A DNA stretch of 60,366 bases from an uncultured virus (IMG/VR IMGVR_UViG_3300019132_000039) (IMGVR_UViG_3300019132_000039); one strand, 5' to 3'. Counted from the stretch's first letter, positions 35,673-48,000 are shown. Numbers and translations: made by a program. The notes: a model not told the origin generated them from the sequence alone.

Positions 35673-38600
35673 CTACGGCCTGTCAACCAAAATATTCCCC
35701 CAAATTACGGCGTTTTCATCATAAGTATCTTGAGGGGTGAATCCATTCGAAGGAACAAATTTTAGTTGACTTACAGGAACAAGATTATTTTTTATATCTG
35801 TTACATTGCTTGATGAGATTTTATATCCCACCTTTAGCAATTGCTCTGATGTGATTCCACGTTTATTCAGAATCTGTGAAACGATATTACTGTAATGTTG
35901 CCCAATTGGTGTTTCAACCAACAATACCTCTTTATAGGTCCCTGCATCGCTAGGCTCATATTTTTCAAGCACATTGACAGAGAATGTTTGCGATAATGTC
36001 GGTTCTTCCTGATGAGAAATTTGTTGTACATTTTTCATTTTTAAATCCCAGAAGAAAGAATCTGGATTCGAGTTAGTCATTGGGCCCCAAGCCCCTTTTG
36101 TAAAGGTGCTATCTTCTGCTACAAGCGTAGTGATATGTTGCCATCCGTAAGGTTCAACAGCTGGTTGATTGGCCGGCCGAGTTAATGTTTGTTCACCATA
36201 TAATTCTGCTGTAATTCGACTTCCTTCTACTGTTACTACAATGCGATAGGCTCGGTGATTTCCTTCTGTCCATCCAGCATTTACGTCTTCCGCAAGAACT
36301 GTTTTTGTTGTTACTGCTCCGTTGACTACATGACGAATAATACGGAAACCTCCCGGATTTACCCATGACCCATATCCATCATGCTCTACTGAATAAAATC
36401 CAGTCACTTTTCCTGTACTATCCCGTTGAATTCGGAAGAAAGCACCAAGCGTATCATTATCGGCTCCCCGTGCTTGACATTTAAATTCAAAGTAATAATC
36501 TGATTCATTCATGTGATTGACATTATACCAACCAGAATAACCATTTTGGTTAATGGTGTTGGTTAATTCTATTCGTCCGGCATTATTAACCGTCATCCAG
36601 TTTCCAGCCTGATCATGATGCCATTGTGTCCACTCGGTCATAAAGTTGCCTAAATTAATATCTGCTCCTATTGAGTACGTAATAGTTGCTTCAGTAGAAA
36701 TGGAGCCTGTTGCCCTTGCTATTGGTGCGCAACTTTCTACAAGGAGATCAATAGTTTGGGTTACAGACACATTAAAAGCATTTACAGCTGTTATATGAAG
36801 CTGAATAGTATCGCCGGCTTGCAATCGTTCAACATCAATAAAGTAATCAATTCTGTGCTCAGGACGGCTGAGAGAATCCGTATATGGTCCATAAATCTCT
36901 ATACCATTTAACAAAATTCCATATGTTACGGATTTTAATTCTACTGGGTCTTTGACTGTAGCAGAAATTGTTACACTTTTATCTTCTAGGCATATGCTTG
37001 AAGACGGGTTAATAAATTCGACTGTTGGTAAATCTGGTGGATTGCTTGGGTCAATGCCGATTTCGTTGTCAATTGGCTTTTCGGGTTGACACAAGTGATC
37101 TGTAATTAGTTCGTCAATTACATACGCTACCATATCGCCTTGTTTTCCGATATATGTAGCTTGAGTATAATTCACTACTCCGTTGTTGACCCAATAAATA
37201 TCTGATAATGTTTTCTTTTCTCCTACAACAAATTCCGGGTAACGAACTCCATTGGTTTTGTAACGCAATCGTGTAGACCAGGCAGTTTGAGAATCCCCAT
37301 ACATATCTCGATAGGAAGCCCCTATAGCTGTTAACAGAATATTATCGGTGCCATTACCTGATTTAATCTGAATAGCAGGACCTTTAAAATAATTGACCCA
37401 TCCCACAGAAATGGTAATAACTCCATTTTTGGTTGTTAATTGATAAGTATCCTTCCCTGTGGAGCGAACATCAATTTTGTACATTTTTAGTTCACGAGCC
37501 AGTTCATCATAAACCTGAAAGACAACGTGTGTTAATAGATTACAGTCATAAAGCTTCGGACGGTTAGGATCTGGTTGCGATTCCGTTGGCTGTTCATGTT
37601 CGCTTGGCAGAAAGTTTGGTAGATTAACATCACATGCTTTAATGATCCAATCGTTATTCATAATGAAGATAGCATAATCGTTAATACCACCCAAACTTGG
37701 TGTTGCAGAATAATCTCCATTGGCAATATCTTGCATCCATTCTGCAGTGCGGTTTGCCGCTCCGAGCATTTTTTCACTATTTTTAACCCCTTCTGTTTTT
37801 CCTCCAATAGAAGTAGCCCATACCGTTTGAGGTTGATCGTATTCGTTCAGATAATGAACTCCTACTGCATGAATTTGGAAAGCATATCCTGAATCATCGT
37901 ATCCCGATGTCATCATCAGGATAGGAGCTTTTTCTTCTTTTCTCCATCCAACTGTAATACCAGAACCGGCTCCATTGGTGATGCTGCTATATGGCAGAGC
38001 ATTAGCAGGAATAGTTGTTGATTCGATTTGTTGGGTTTCATGACTATAGTAATGCACTTCAATACTTTCTAGCAAATAACATTCTCGAACTCGTGGATTT
38101 CCATTTTCATCTGTAGGCGGCTTTTTACAATTCTCAATGAGAACCTGAAAGCTTTCCGTTCTTTCTTGATTTGTTGAATCATACGCTGTCACGGAAACTG
38201 TTATAGTTTGTCCTGCATTGATCCCCATTGCGTACAGTTTCCAATAAGGAATTTCTACATAAAACGATTGTTCATTTAAGTTCATAATATGAAATGGATG
38301 ACTTTGTGAATGAAGCACTGGCTTCTGACTTTTATTTTTGTTTTTGCATCCACAATCATGAAGCTCTTCAAAAGCATCTAACCACTCACCAAAGTCCTTG
38401 ATTTTTAAAATTTCTTCTTCAGTTTTAAGAGATGCTGCTTTGACTTCTTGCATGGAAATCCCTTTACTGTTTGCGCAAGGATGATAAACAGGGGAAGCTC
38501 CCAAATCATTTGGATCGATTACAGTTCCATTAACACGAAATACAACTTCTTGAATAGGGTTAGGTCCTTGCACACTTCCATAGAATACAAGTTGATCACA

Positions 38601-41237
38601 TTCACAAAGTTTAGAAACTTTTTTATCAATGATGACTTTTAATTCGTCTACATAATTTTCATCTGGGCGATCTTCTGGTGGAAGACCTTCGCAATTTATA
38701 ATAGTGATTACATCTGTGGTCATCACTTCATACTTTGTGTCATACCCTTTAACCAGAACAGTTAATACACCCTCTTTAAGATCAGAAGTCGGTATTGTGA
38801 AAGAAAAGGATTGATATTTTCCAGTGATGGTTTTGGTTTCCTTTTTCTCTCCATTCAGATAGAGCTCTACTTTTCGGAGTTCGTGATAACTATATAAGAT
38901 TCCCGCTATTGTAAGATCTTTATCAACACACCATTCTGTTTTGCGATTGATTTGAATCGTAAGAGGTGGCTTCCAATCGGGATCACGCTCGTTTGGAATT
39001 CCATCTCTGTCATCGTCTTCATTTGGGCCTCCGATGGATGGTGGATTTCCTCCCGGTGGGTATGTACTTTCCGGTGGTCGCCCTGGTGGTTCCCATCCTG
39101 GTGGCCGAGTATGTGGTGGAATATAATCTGGGTGATCAGGATCATCCCAGTTGGGAATTCCGTCTCCGTCATCATCCCCCCACGGGTCCCTTCCCGTATA
39201 AGGTGGCTGAGGAGTTGAATGATCTGGGAATCCGGTATTTGGTTTTTGTGCTTCAATCAATTCTGATAAATCAGCAACCATTCGGTCACTTTCTTCACTA
39301 TTTGTAATTTCATCCATAGTAACTACTTCAAAAGAATAGTGGTTAATAATCGGACTGGTTTGCGCAAATGACGCATTGGTTGAACCGGTTTGATCTTTTA
39401 TCATGAATCCTTCAGCCGTATAATCGTCTGGTCGTCTTGCTACAATTTTAAGACGTAAACTGTACACGGGATATTCGGATTCAATATATGCCTCTTTATG
39501 ATTTAGTTGCTGTTCCGCACTTTCAATCATACGAATGGTATAAATTTTAGGTGGCTGATCCTTTGTTACATGCTCATGACTCATTGGTGTAATTGGATAC
39601 CATGTAGCTCCATCATCGATGGAAATATAATATTTCAACCAGTCATATTTTAAAGCGGGATTAGCAGCAAAAATAGGCGGGATATTCTCATTGACATTTA
39701 ACATGATTTTATCCAATGGCTTGTCAAAGTAAAATGGGTGTGTTACTAGTTCCCCTTCTGTTGCATATTCACATGACCAGATTTCAATATCCCGTATACC
39801 AATACACCAACGAAACCCCTCAAATTTCTCAATTCCCATTTCTGCAGTATCCATGTCTATTTGATTCATTAGTCGATCAATGATTTCGGCAATATTTGTA
39901 GTGTGATTATTCCTACTTGTTCTTAATAATGGATAAGAGGCCTCTACGTTATTTTCACTCACCTTTACTTGTATTCCTAGATCTTCTAATGAAATCAAAG
40001 GACCTTCTATACGAGGCGCATACTTATACTTCTTGGTTGCCATATCCATTGCATATTCCGAATGATCTTCTACTTGCATTTTCTTTTCATAGAAAATGTG
40101 ACCAATATCTGTAATATATTTGTGCGGTTGTTCAAACAGTATCGAAATGACCTTTGCTTTTACTGGTGGAAAATGAAATTGATATTGGTCATCTTTTCGA
40201 TTTTTTGGCATAATCGAGCGAGGAGCTTCCTTTCCATCCGATACCAGAATATTTTTAACAATCGCTGTTTTAGCACCGTAATTAGGTGGTGTATACATAT
40301 TGCAATTAATTTGATTGATGATCGTTTCTTTCGGTAACGTGATTTGCAAATGTAATTTTAGTATTCCACCATCCGGATCCTCTGCCCATGTGATGGTTTG
40401 ATTTTTATAGACTTGATAATCCCATCCGAGATTTTTGGCTACACGTACTTTATCATGTTCTCGTACATTGACCTTTTCATATTCAAACCATGTATGAGGA
40501 GAGCCATCAAGCACAACAGAATAATCCCCGTGGTTATTCTCAATTCCTAAAAAAGTAGGAATATAATTTCGACTTGTTAACACTTCATCGGTAACACTAT
40601 GAATCTCTGTATTGTTTCCCGGAAATCCGTTCGATTCTGTACCCAAAATAAATTTATTTTGTTGTTGATTCCCTGTAATAATTGTAATTTGAGCATCTTT
40701 TGCTACATTAACACGATTGATTTGAGGCAGTGTAACAGCACCGTCAATGATTTCTAGTGGATTGCCGGAAATTCGAGAGTAATCAATTTTATCTTTATTA
40801 AGAAAATCATCACGGCCTAGTTCGATTCCACTTTGATGCAAACCTGAGTAGAGTTCTAAATCCCTCATTTTATCCAACACTTGCTCAAATTGTTTCTGGA
40901 TCATTTCGTGTTGAATCATGTTGTGATTAAAATCTGTATAAAGTGTTTTTCCTAGAATGTCTATTTCCTGGAATAGCAACTCTAAATCTTGACGAATTTC
41001 TTGCATCATTTGATTGTAATCTTCGCTCCAGGGTGGACCCTCTTCGGGAGCATAGCGGGGAATCATATTTGGCTTTCCCATTGTGGTAAAAAATTCTTGG
41101 AAGGCCTGAAAGACCGCTTCAATCAATCTAGGTTCGGATTGTATAGTGCCATTTTCAAATTTGGCTTTGGCACGTTCGAATAATTGACGAGCTTGCAAAT
41201 ATAGCAACTTGGAATGATTTTTGATCGGTTTACTCAT
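35673..41237 (-). CDS. Giant putative virion/fibre protein with TSP3-like repeats and lectin-like domain
   Basis: 1854 aa; SEDYN motif; DDDGDGIPN and DDDRDGIPN; DNDTLGAFFR. Confidence 0.65.
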   Translation of the reverse strand: MSKPIKNHSKLLYLQARQLFERAKAKFENGTIQSEPRLIEAVFQAFQEFFTTMGKPNMIPRYAPEEGPPWSEDYNQMMQEIRQDLELLFQEIDILGKTLYTDFNHNMIQHEMIQKQFEQVLDKMRDLELYSGLHQSGIELGRDDFLNKDKIDYSRISGNPLEIIDGAVTLPQINRVNVAKDAQITIITGNQQQNKFILGTESNGFPGNNTEIHSVTDEVLTSRNYIPTFLGIENNHGDYSVVLDGSPHTWFEYEKVNVREHDKVRVAKNLGWDYQVYKNQTITWAEDPDGGILKLHLQITLPKETIINQINCNMYTPPNYGAKTAIVKNILVSDGKEAPRSIMPKNRKDDQYQFHFPPVKAKVISILFEQPHKYITDIGHIFYEKKMQVEDHSEYAMDMATKKYKYAPRIEGPLISLEDLGIQVKVSENNVEASYPLLRTSRNNHTTNIAEIIDRLMNQIDMDTAEMGIEKFEGFRWCIGIRDIEIWSCEYATEGELVTHPFYFDKPLDKIMLNVNENIPPIFAANPALKYDWLKYYISIDDGATWYPITPMSHEHVTKDQPPKIYTIRMIESAEQQLNHKEAYIESEYPVYSLRLKIVARRPDDYTAEGFMIKDQTGSTNASFAQTSPIINHYSFEVVTMDEITNSEESDRMVADLSELIEAQKPNTGFPDHSTPQPPYTGRDPWGDDDGDGIPNWDDPDHPDYIPPHTRPPGWEPPGRPPESTYPPGGNPPSIGGPNEDDDRDGIPNERDPDWKPPLTIQINRKTEWCVDKDLTIAGILYSYHELRKVELYLNGEKKETKTITGKYQSFSFTIPTSDLKEGVLTVLVKGYDTKYEVMTTDVITIINCEGLPPEDRPDENYVDELKVIIDKKVSKLCECDQLVFYGSVQGPNPIQEVVFRVNGTVIDPNDLGASPVYHPCANSKGISMQEVKAASLKTEEEILKIKDFGEWLDAFEELHDCGCKNKNKSQKPVLHSQSHPFHIMNLNEQSFYVEIPYWKLYAMGINAGQTITVSVTAYDSTNQERTESFQVLIENCKKPPTDENGNPRVRECYLLESIEVHYYSHETQQIESTTIPANALPYSSITNGAGSGITVGWRKEEKAPILMMTSGYDDSGYAFQIHAVGVHYLNEYDQPQTVWATSIGGKTEGVKNSEKMLGAANRTAEWMQDIANGDYSATPSLGGINDYAIFIMNNDWIIKACDVNLPNFLPSEHEQPTESQPDPNRPKLYDCNLLTHVVFQVYDELARELKMYKIDVRSTGKDTYQLTTKNGVITISVGWVNYFKGPAIQIKSGNGTDNILLTAIGASYRDMYGDSQTAWSTRLRYKTNGVRYPEFVVGEKKTLSDIYWVNNGVVNYTQATYIGKQGDMVAYVIDELITDHLCQPEKPIDNEIGIDPSNPPDLPTVEFINPSSSICLEDKSVTISATVKDPVELKSVTYGILLNGIEIYGPYTDSLSRPEHRIDYFIDVERLQAGDTIQLHITAVNAFNVSVTQTIDLLVESCAPIARATGSISTEATITYSIGADINLGNFMTEWTQWHHDQAGNWMTVNNAGRIELTNTINQNGYSGWYNVNHMNESDYYFEFKCQARGADNDTLGAFFRIQRDSTGKVTGFYSVEHDGYGSWVNPGGFRIIRHVVNGAVTTKTVLAEDVNAGWTEGNHRAYRIVVTVEGSRITAELYGEQTLTRPANQPAVEPYGWQHITTLVAEDSTFTKGAWGPMTNSNPDSFFWDLKMKNVQQISHQEEPTLSQTFSVNVLEKYEPSDAGTYKEVLLVETPIGQHYSNIVSQILNKRGITSEQLLKVGYKISSSNVTDIKNNLVPVSQLKFVPSNGFTPQDTYDENAVIWGNILVDRP

Positions 41238-41246
41238 AATACCCTC

Positions 41247-41378
41247 CTATATTAATAGCTTTGCGATATAGATAATTCCAGTGATTGCTCCAATTGTAAT
41301 AGCAGTAATTAGCAGAAAAATAGAAGTAAAGTTATAGAGGATTCTCTTTTCTCGCTTTTTCAATTCTTCTTGGCTCAT
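41247..41378 (-). CDS. Small single-TM protein, 43 aa
   Basis: MSQEELKKREKRILYNFTSIFLLITAITIGAITGIIYIAKLLI; GGAGG RBS; ATGA overlap with the upstream stop. Confidence 0.6.
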   Translation of the reverse strand: MSQEELKKREKRILYNFTSIFLLITAITIGAITGIIYIAKLLI

Positions 41379-43873
41379 GCTCCTACCTCCTGATCGTAAG
41401 ACTGACATCGAATACTGTAGCTATATAATGCAGGAGTTACCGATTCATCTTCTACACTATTTCTTCGCAAAATGGCTTTTAGGCGAATATCAGTGGCAAT
41501 ATAGTAATAATCAATATTAATGTTTTCAAGTTTTGTTCCATCAGTCGGTCTGCCGAAAACAATACGGTTTCCAATTTGAGCAAAGGTCTTTCCATCGTTT
41601 TCAAGCAGTCGTTCTACATCATAAGTGTTATTGGCATAATTAGTAATATTTTTAAATTCTACTCCTCCAACTCGGACAATAATCGGAAACTCCGGTGAAA
41701 CGGAAGTCAATTTTTCTGAGTTTTGTTCATAGACGTTTTCTTTTTCGTGATAAGAAAATAAATCCTTTCGAAAGACATATGGTTTATGTTTTAAAGTCAC
41801 GGAGTTATCTTGATCAACTTCAGAAAAGAATTCTCCTGTTTCACCATTTTTATTGATGTACTGAGTAGGCGTAACTCCCACTGATTCATCTAAATGGACA
41901 AAGTATGCGCTATCTGCTGGCTTATAATCAACTGTATAAATACTGGAAGCCGTATAGAACTTTGCAAAAATCCCAATCTTTTTTCCATCATGCGAGATTA
42001 CATACGTATTAGGGTTCATTGGGATTCCATTACGCCTTAATACCACTGTTTTGTCTGAGACAACTGGAAAACGAAAACTGTACACGACAAGCGGATTCCC
42101 ACTTCTCTCATGTTCTTCAAACTCAGGATAATACCCTTCTATTAAGTCTCCAAATAATAATTCTCCTTGCACATATTTCTTATGAATAGGTAAAATTGGT
42201 TGCCAGTCTTTTGCAGTCGGGTTTTTCTTATGGGTAATATAAAATTCAATATCGGTAATCCGTGCGACATCTTGCTGTTGGGCTTGGCCTGTCAACGGAT
42301 CAACAACTTCAGGGCCAATTTCCATATCATGATGCTTCTCGATTGTATCTAAGCTGATACGGGTAGCATTACTGGATAAAGGAAGCGGTTTAGAAATGTA
42401 AATGGATTGATTTCGATATTTGCGTCCAAATACGGAAATATTATAAGCACCATACAAGTAAGATAACTTATTAACCGCTTTCCATTCTTGAGACAATATA
42501 GAATGTTTATCGATTTCTTTTTGTTTATCTGTCGATAAAGCCCGTAATTTTAATAGAAGTGGATTTTTATAATCTCCCATCCGAATAGTCTCCATCGCTC
42601 GCTTGGCTGCTTCAAGTACACCAACTTGATTAAGGGAAGAAGCCCATTCTTTTAATTTTTCTAAATACACCGACCATCCTGTGATTTCATTTTTCTTATC
42701 AAACTCGGCAATGGTTTCATTAGGTTGTTTGTAATCCTCAATAAGTTCCGGAGAAGAAGAAAGCTTACGCCACAGCTCCATATTTTGCGCCTCATTATGA
42801 TTGACAATATAGTTTTCTTTTACATAATTTTCTTGCCGAATTAAAATACGCAGTTTAGATACCGCTACGGATGGAAACTGAAATGTCATTAGATTAACTG
42901 ATTTTTTGCTTCGTTGGTGCGGATTTCGATGATTCGGTGAAATCAATTCATAAACTTTTCCGCCCATATCTTCTGTCTCGTATCCATAGATGGATACCAC
43001 TTCAAGCGGATAGGCACAAAAAGGATCGAAATGAATATCAGATACCGTTGTAATACCGTTCAATGTAATTTGAATTTCACAGATGGCCCCGTCTTTTGGA
43101 ATATCCTTATAGTCATTACTCCAAAGATCGTGAATATTTTGCACAATAGGCTGATCGACCAAAATACTTTCTGCCCAATAAGTGTGAAGAGAACCATCTA
43201 CCGCTTTATCAATACCATGATCCGGATTTTCACTAGCATGTCCTGTTCGATTCAGTATTTCAATCCGTGCTAGTCGTCGGCCGTAGTTCGTTTTTAACTG
43301 ATCTATGGTTTCAATACCGGACAGCTGTAAAGCATCTCCAACATGTTCAGCATTATAGGAAGTATCTAGGTATTTATCAAACCGATCTTTTCGAAGAGAT
43401 TGCAAAATTTTTTCATCGGTTTCTGTTAACTCTGGAGATGTAAATTGTTCATAAATTCCATCAATAAATCCATCCGTGTTTTTCATGAGCATCTTATATC
43501 GCTCTAACTTTGAGCGGAGAGCATAAATTTGTTTTTTAATACCGGATAAAAGAGATCGTGACAACTGCTGATTATCAGTCATCAATCGATCAACAGTAGT
43601 AGATGCTTCAAATAAGGTTGCCAAATCGAAAGCAATTTCTTCCATATTGGCATTATAGGACTGGGAATTGATTTTATGGGATTGTGGTCGAGCTTGAAAA
43701 GTTGGACCACCTTGACGACTTTCAATATCAGCTAATAATCGTTCTAGTTCAGCTTGCAATTCATGATTTGAGCGAATATAACCTTTTTGTCTTTTTAACT
43801 CTAAAAGTTCCATGAGTTTTTTTCGTTGAGTAGTGGGCATGGTAATTAGGAAATCTTCTAGGAACTTACTCAT
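41375..43873 (-). CDS. Putative virion structural protein (paralog family)
   Basis: 832 aa; SQSYN motif, AVDGSLHTYW and C-terminal TPALYSY. Confidence 0.6.
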   Translation of the reverse strand: MSKFLEDFLITMPTTQRKKLMELLELKRQKGYIRSNHELQAELERLLADIESRQGGPTFQARPQSHKINSQSYNANMEEIAFDLATLFEASTTVDRLMTDNQQLSRSLLSGIKKQIYALRSKLERYKMLMKNTDGFIDGIYEQFTSPELTETDEKILQSLRKDRFDKYLDTSYNAEHVGDALQLSGIETIDQLKTNYGRRLARIEILNRTGHASENPDHGIDKAVDGSLHTYWAESILVDQPIVQNIHDLWSNDYKDIPKDGAICEIQITLNGITTVSDIHFDPFCAYPLEVVSIYGYETEDMGGKVYELISPNHRNPHQRSKKSVNLMTFQFPSVAVSKLRILIRQENYVKENYIVNHNEAQNMELWRKLSSSPELIEDYKQPNETIAEFDKKNEITGWSVYLEKLKEWASSLNQVGVLEAAKRAMETIRMGDYKNPLLLKLRALSTDKQKEIDKHSILSQEWKAVNKLSYLYGAYNISVFGRKYRNQSIYISKPLPLSSNATRISLDTIEKHHDMEIGPEVVDPLTGQAQQQDVARITDIEFYITHKKNPTAKDWQPILPIHKKYVQGELLFGDLIEGYYPEFEEHERSGNPLVVYSFRFPVVSDKTVVLRRNGIPMNPNTYVISHDGKKIGIFAKFYTASSIYTVDYKPADSAYFVHLDESVGVTPTQYINKNGETGEFFSEVDQDNSVTLKHKPYVFRKDLFSYHEKENVYEQNSEKLTSVSPEFPIIVRVGGVEFKNITNYANNTYDVERLLENDGKTFAQIGNRIVFGRPTDGTKLENINIDYYYIATDIRLKAILRRNSVEDESVTPALYSYSIRCQSYDQEVGA

Positions 43874-43908
43874 TTTATAGGGCTACTCCTTTCTGTAAGA
43901 TGTAAAAC

Positions 43909-43928
43909 AAGACAGCCGAAGCTGTCTT
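43909..43928 (-). terminator. Possible weak terminator or UUCG-loop hairpin
   Basis: AAGACAGC-TTCG-GCTGTCTT on the minus strand, followed by GTTTT. Confidence 0.5.
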
Positions 43929-44991
43929 ATTTCTGAACAATACCGTTAACCCCATCATAAGGAACAAACCGCTGTTGAGCTTCATCCCATATTTCTAGTA
44001 TGAAATGACTTAAATGAGGATGGTCATTATAGCTAAATGTCACATGAGCCTTTCCATCGACGACTTCTACATTCAGTCCTTTTGGAGTAATACCTTCTTT
44101 TACAATCTCCTGATGATTTCTCATAATTGAAAAATCGGGAGTCCATTGAGTTCCTTTCATATAATCGATATCTTGTAAAATATCAAGAAGTTGCTTTTCA
44201 AAAGTCAATATAAATTCCATAATACGACTGTTTTTCTGAATCATTTGCTGCATAAATAAATACAGAAATTCTTTTGGAATGTCTTTAAATTTCATTTGAA
44301 CCGGAAAATATAAATAACACATATCTGAAGGAATCGCTGTTAACGTAACTATTCCATTTGTGTTAATCGTTCCTGTAATCAGTTGTTGATTCTCATCTAA
44401 AAAAGGGGTTCCTTCTTGATTTAATACCGTTACTTCCCCGTCCACAAAAACGATCTCATCTTGTGAAGGAATCTCAATTGTTAAAGAGGATGGATTTGTC
44501 ACACTGTATTTATAAGGCATATACAGTTCTTTTTGTATCGCCACATTTCCATAAGCCGCCATTTCCTGGATTTCTCTTAATCGATAATCCAGTTTTAATC
44601 CATCCTCAATCGTGGCATCAACAGAAGCAATGGCATTATTGAGTTCATCATAAAAAATTCCTTCGGTTAAAGCGCCGCCACCGTTTGCAGGAACGGTAGC
44701 AGCAATTTCATAGATTTCGTTTTTCAGTTTGTTTAATGTATCTTCTAAGCGTTTACCACGGCTAGCTGCGCTTCGGAAAGTGGCTGTCCCAATCTCTGCT
44801 AACGCCTCGTCAGCACGTACTAAAGCCGTCATTGCTGTAGTGAAGGTAGCATCTATTCGGTTAACAGATTGCAGGACTCGGTATTTATTAAGATCCCAAT
44901 CTTTAAATGCTTCATTCATTTCCAAAATTTTTTGCTCTAGCTGGTTAACAAAAGGAATCAAATCCCGTGTCGAATAAACAGGCATAAACAT
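43927..44991 (-). CDS. Putative structural protein (N-terminal coiled coil)
   Basis: 354 aa within the structural module; GGAGG RBS. Confidence 0.6.
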   Translation of the reverse strand: MFMPVYSTRDLIPFVNQLEQKILEMNEAFKDWDLNKYRVLQSVNRIDATFTTAMTALVRADEALAEIGTATFRSAASRGKRLEDTLNKLKNEIYEIAATVPANGGGALTEGIFYDELNNAIASVDATIEDGLKLDYRLREIQEMAAYGNVAIQKELYMPYKYSVTNPSSLTIEIPSQDEIVFVDGEVTVLNQEGTPFLDENQQLITGTINTNGIVTLTAIPSDMCYLYFPVQMKFKDIPKEFLYLFMQQMIQKNSRIMEFILTFEKQLLDILQDIDYMKGTQWTPDFSIMRNHQEIVKEGITPKGLNVEVVDGKAHVTFSYNDHPHLSHFILEIWDEAQQRFVPYDGVNGIVQK

Positions 44992-45014
44992 TCCTCCTCT
45001 GGTTTATTTTATCA

Positions 45015-45028
45015 TGAAATGCATTACA
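45015..45028. promoter_or_regulatory. Operator-like palindrome variant
   Basis: TGAAATGCATTACA (13/14 match) in a 44-bp intergenic gap. Confidence 0.55.
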
Positions 45029-45035
45029 TAAACTA

Positions 45036-48000
45036 CTAAATTTCGTGAATTTCTGTATTTTCTTCTGAAACACGTGGATTAGGTCGCAACATTACATAAT
45101 CATAAATGATGCGCCCTTTTCGTTCTTCTGTGGTTTTGTTTAATGTGATGGTTACATGATGCACAGAAGACGTAATTTCTACATCAGCCTTATAAACCAT
45201 CCATTGATCCCGATTGACAGGAGGAAGTTGGATTTGTTTACTTTCTCCATTTTTGTAATAAATATTGACAGTTCCGGCACTTCGAATGGAAGCTGTTTGC
45301 TCTTTTAAGGCTTTGATATCTAACTGATAGCCCCCATTTTTAAACTTATATCCTGGCACAGTGATGGCATATTCAGCATCGTCTGTAATTTGCAGAACGT
45401 GATTATCTCCTGAGCCTAGCATGATATAGCGAATTTCATAATTTCCTTTACTGCGTGCAGGATCATAATATCCAATGTGATGACCGTGTAGAAATTCTGG
45501 GTTGGGAAGAAGATTGAATCGGGATTCATCAGTGACTTCATCATAATATTCTATAATTGGCAAGATACCATAAGCCTTGTGCTTAGCAATGGCTTGTTGA
45601 ATCATTGATTCATGGAATCCATTTGGATTAGTATCTGACTTTAAAATACTCCGTGGCAAACGAACGATGATGACTCCATTTTCTTGATACGCTTCACCGT
45701 CAAAGTATCCAATATCCCAATGATATAAGGATTCCTTATTGACTTGTCGGATAATCTCTTTTGATAAAGATTCATCCAGTCCTCCACCCCTCGTTCGAGT
45801 ATCCAGGATGGTCATATGGTCGGATATGATGGAGTTAGCCTGCAACACTACTTTTCCTAAACGCAGCATAGTCGGATCATATCGATAATCTTTCGGATTA
45901 AACCACCATTCTTCATCCGTGTGCAACAAGACTCGGTTTCGAGCGGTTCCCGGTATAATATCCCCTATACTCTGATTTGACTCTTGATTATAGTTCACAT
46001 ATCGTATACAAGACGGTCGTAAATAAAGATGAATTGGCTTAACCAACAATTCTGTATTGTCTACATCTTTAGATGTATAGGTTTCTTGATCTCGGTCTAT
46101 AGGAATCCATCTATGAAATCCGTTTGTGGCAATGGTATGTCGATGTCCCGGTGTTGGATTTAAATCTAGATGAAAGAAGGTCTGATCTTTTTCAAATCCC
46201 CGGTACGTATACCAGTCTTCTTGATAGGCATATCTTACATACACTTCATCCTGCTCCCTGATTCGATCATGGAGATAAATAATCCCTTTTACTGCATCGA
46301 CATCGGATACTCGAAGTATTCTTCGCTGGTTGTTACGAATCGAATAAACATCAAGAAAACTATGACCATGCTCAGATTTTAATACTATTGGTGCATATCG
46401 TGTTTGAATGGCATATTCGTTTAAAATGATTGGCAATTCTTTATCAATCAATACATAAGGTCGGTTATGGAATTCTTGATTTGTATATTCTGGCAAGCTA
46501 TATTCTAGATCCACTTCTACTACTTGATTCGGGTGTTGAACCATTCCCAGCAATTGCGGATACGCTATATAAATCTCAGGTGGCTTTTCCCCCGAACCCA
46601 CTTCGTGATATGGTAACTGAATCCGTTTTAAGAATCGTCCGTTCTTCACTCGTAGATACCAATTTTCATATTCCATATGTCGGTGTTCGACTTTCGGTTT
46701 TTCAATTTCGATTTTTCGCTCTTCTTCAATTTTAATTGCAAACAACGGAACAGCTTCAAGTTCTTGGAAGGTTGTCCATGCCACTACATCTACTTTAATT
46801 GCAGGATCTAATGTGCCATCGGATTGCAAAAGACTTTTCAACCGCAAACGATTAACTCCTAACTGATCTTGGAATTGGTCTACCGGTAAACGAACATACC
46901 CTTCCTTTTGACAACGGAATCGGTAATTTACTCGATGTTCAGCATTTTCGACTGTTGCCACACCATTAGCATGAATGGCTTTCACTTTTCCTCTTTCGAT
47001 TCGAAGCATAATTTCTTCTGGAGGAATATTATTTGGGATGTTGAGTTTTTTGTAAAATCCTTCCACCCCATCTGTATCAAACACGTAAGCCAAATGCTTA
47101 ATGCCATCAGATTTAACAATTGCATCGTCATCAAGAACATACGGTTGTCCAACAATGTGAATAGATGGAACCGTAGCTGTAACTTGAATTCGATTAGGTG
47201 GAACTAAGGAGATACTAACATTTTCTCCTGATGTAATTCGTGGAGTATTCCATGTAAACCCTAATACATTACTTGGTATCTGTTCTGTTGGCAATATACT
47301 CGGAGAAAACAATATTGTAAAGTGTCCATCCGAATGATACTCTACGGTGCCGGTGCCTTTTACACTTAATCCATTAGCATCTGTTGTCCACGGTGTTCGG
47401 ACAACTCCTCCTGCAGCGGAGTTATTAGTCTTACCATAGATAAAGTTAGTTCGTGAATCGATTCGAACGGTAAAGTCTCCATCTGAACGACCATAATAGC
47501 CAAAGATTTCATAAGGAGCCCCATTGAACACGGTATTGGCTCTTTCTTTGATTAAAGGCTCCAATAAATCGGGGGCAGTATAATTTGATAATTTTTTCTC
47601 ATTTGTGTCCATTAACACAATTTCTTTCTTTTCCGTGCATACGGTATCCATTTGAATTTCTGTCATTTTTAAATCATACCAATATGTCCAACGCTGTGAA
47701 ATACAGAAGATACCGTATGTCCCTTGAGTGTGTGTATTATCAATAGCCTGACATACCAGCTCTCCTAAATCATCAGAATGGACATTTTCACTAATGTAAA
47801 TTCGAAACAGATTTCCGGTTACAACCACGGTAATTTTATAGTCTTTTCCGTATTCCCAACCTTTTGCATTGTAGTTTATAGAAAAGTCCGTGATGTCTGT
47901 GAATTGGCAATTGGTTTTATCTTGTGGATAACGTGTTGTTCCATCCCATACATTGCTTTGTGAATTTGGGTTTGGATGAGGTGATTTAGTACTTGGCGTT

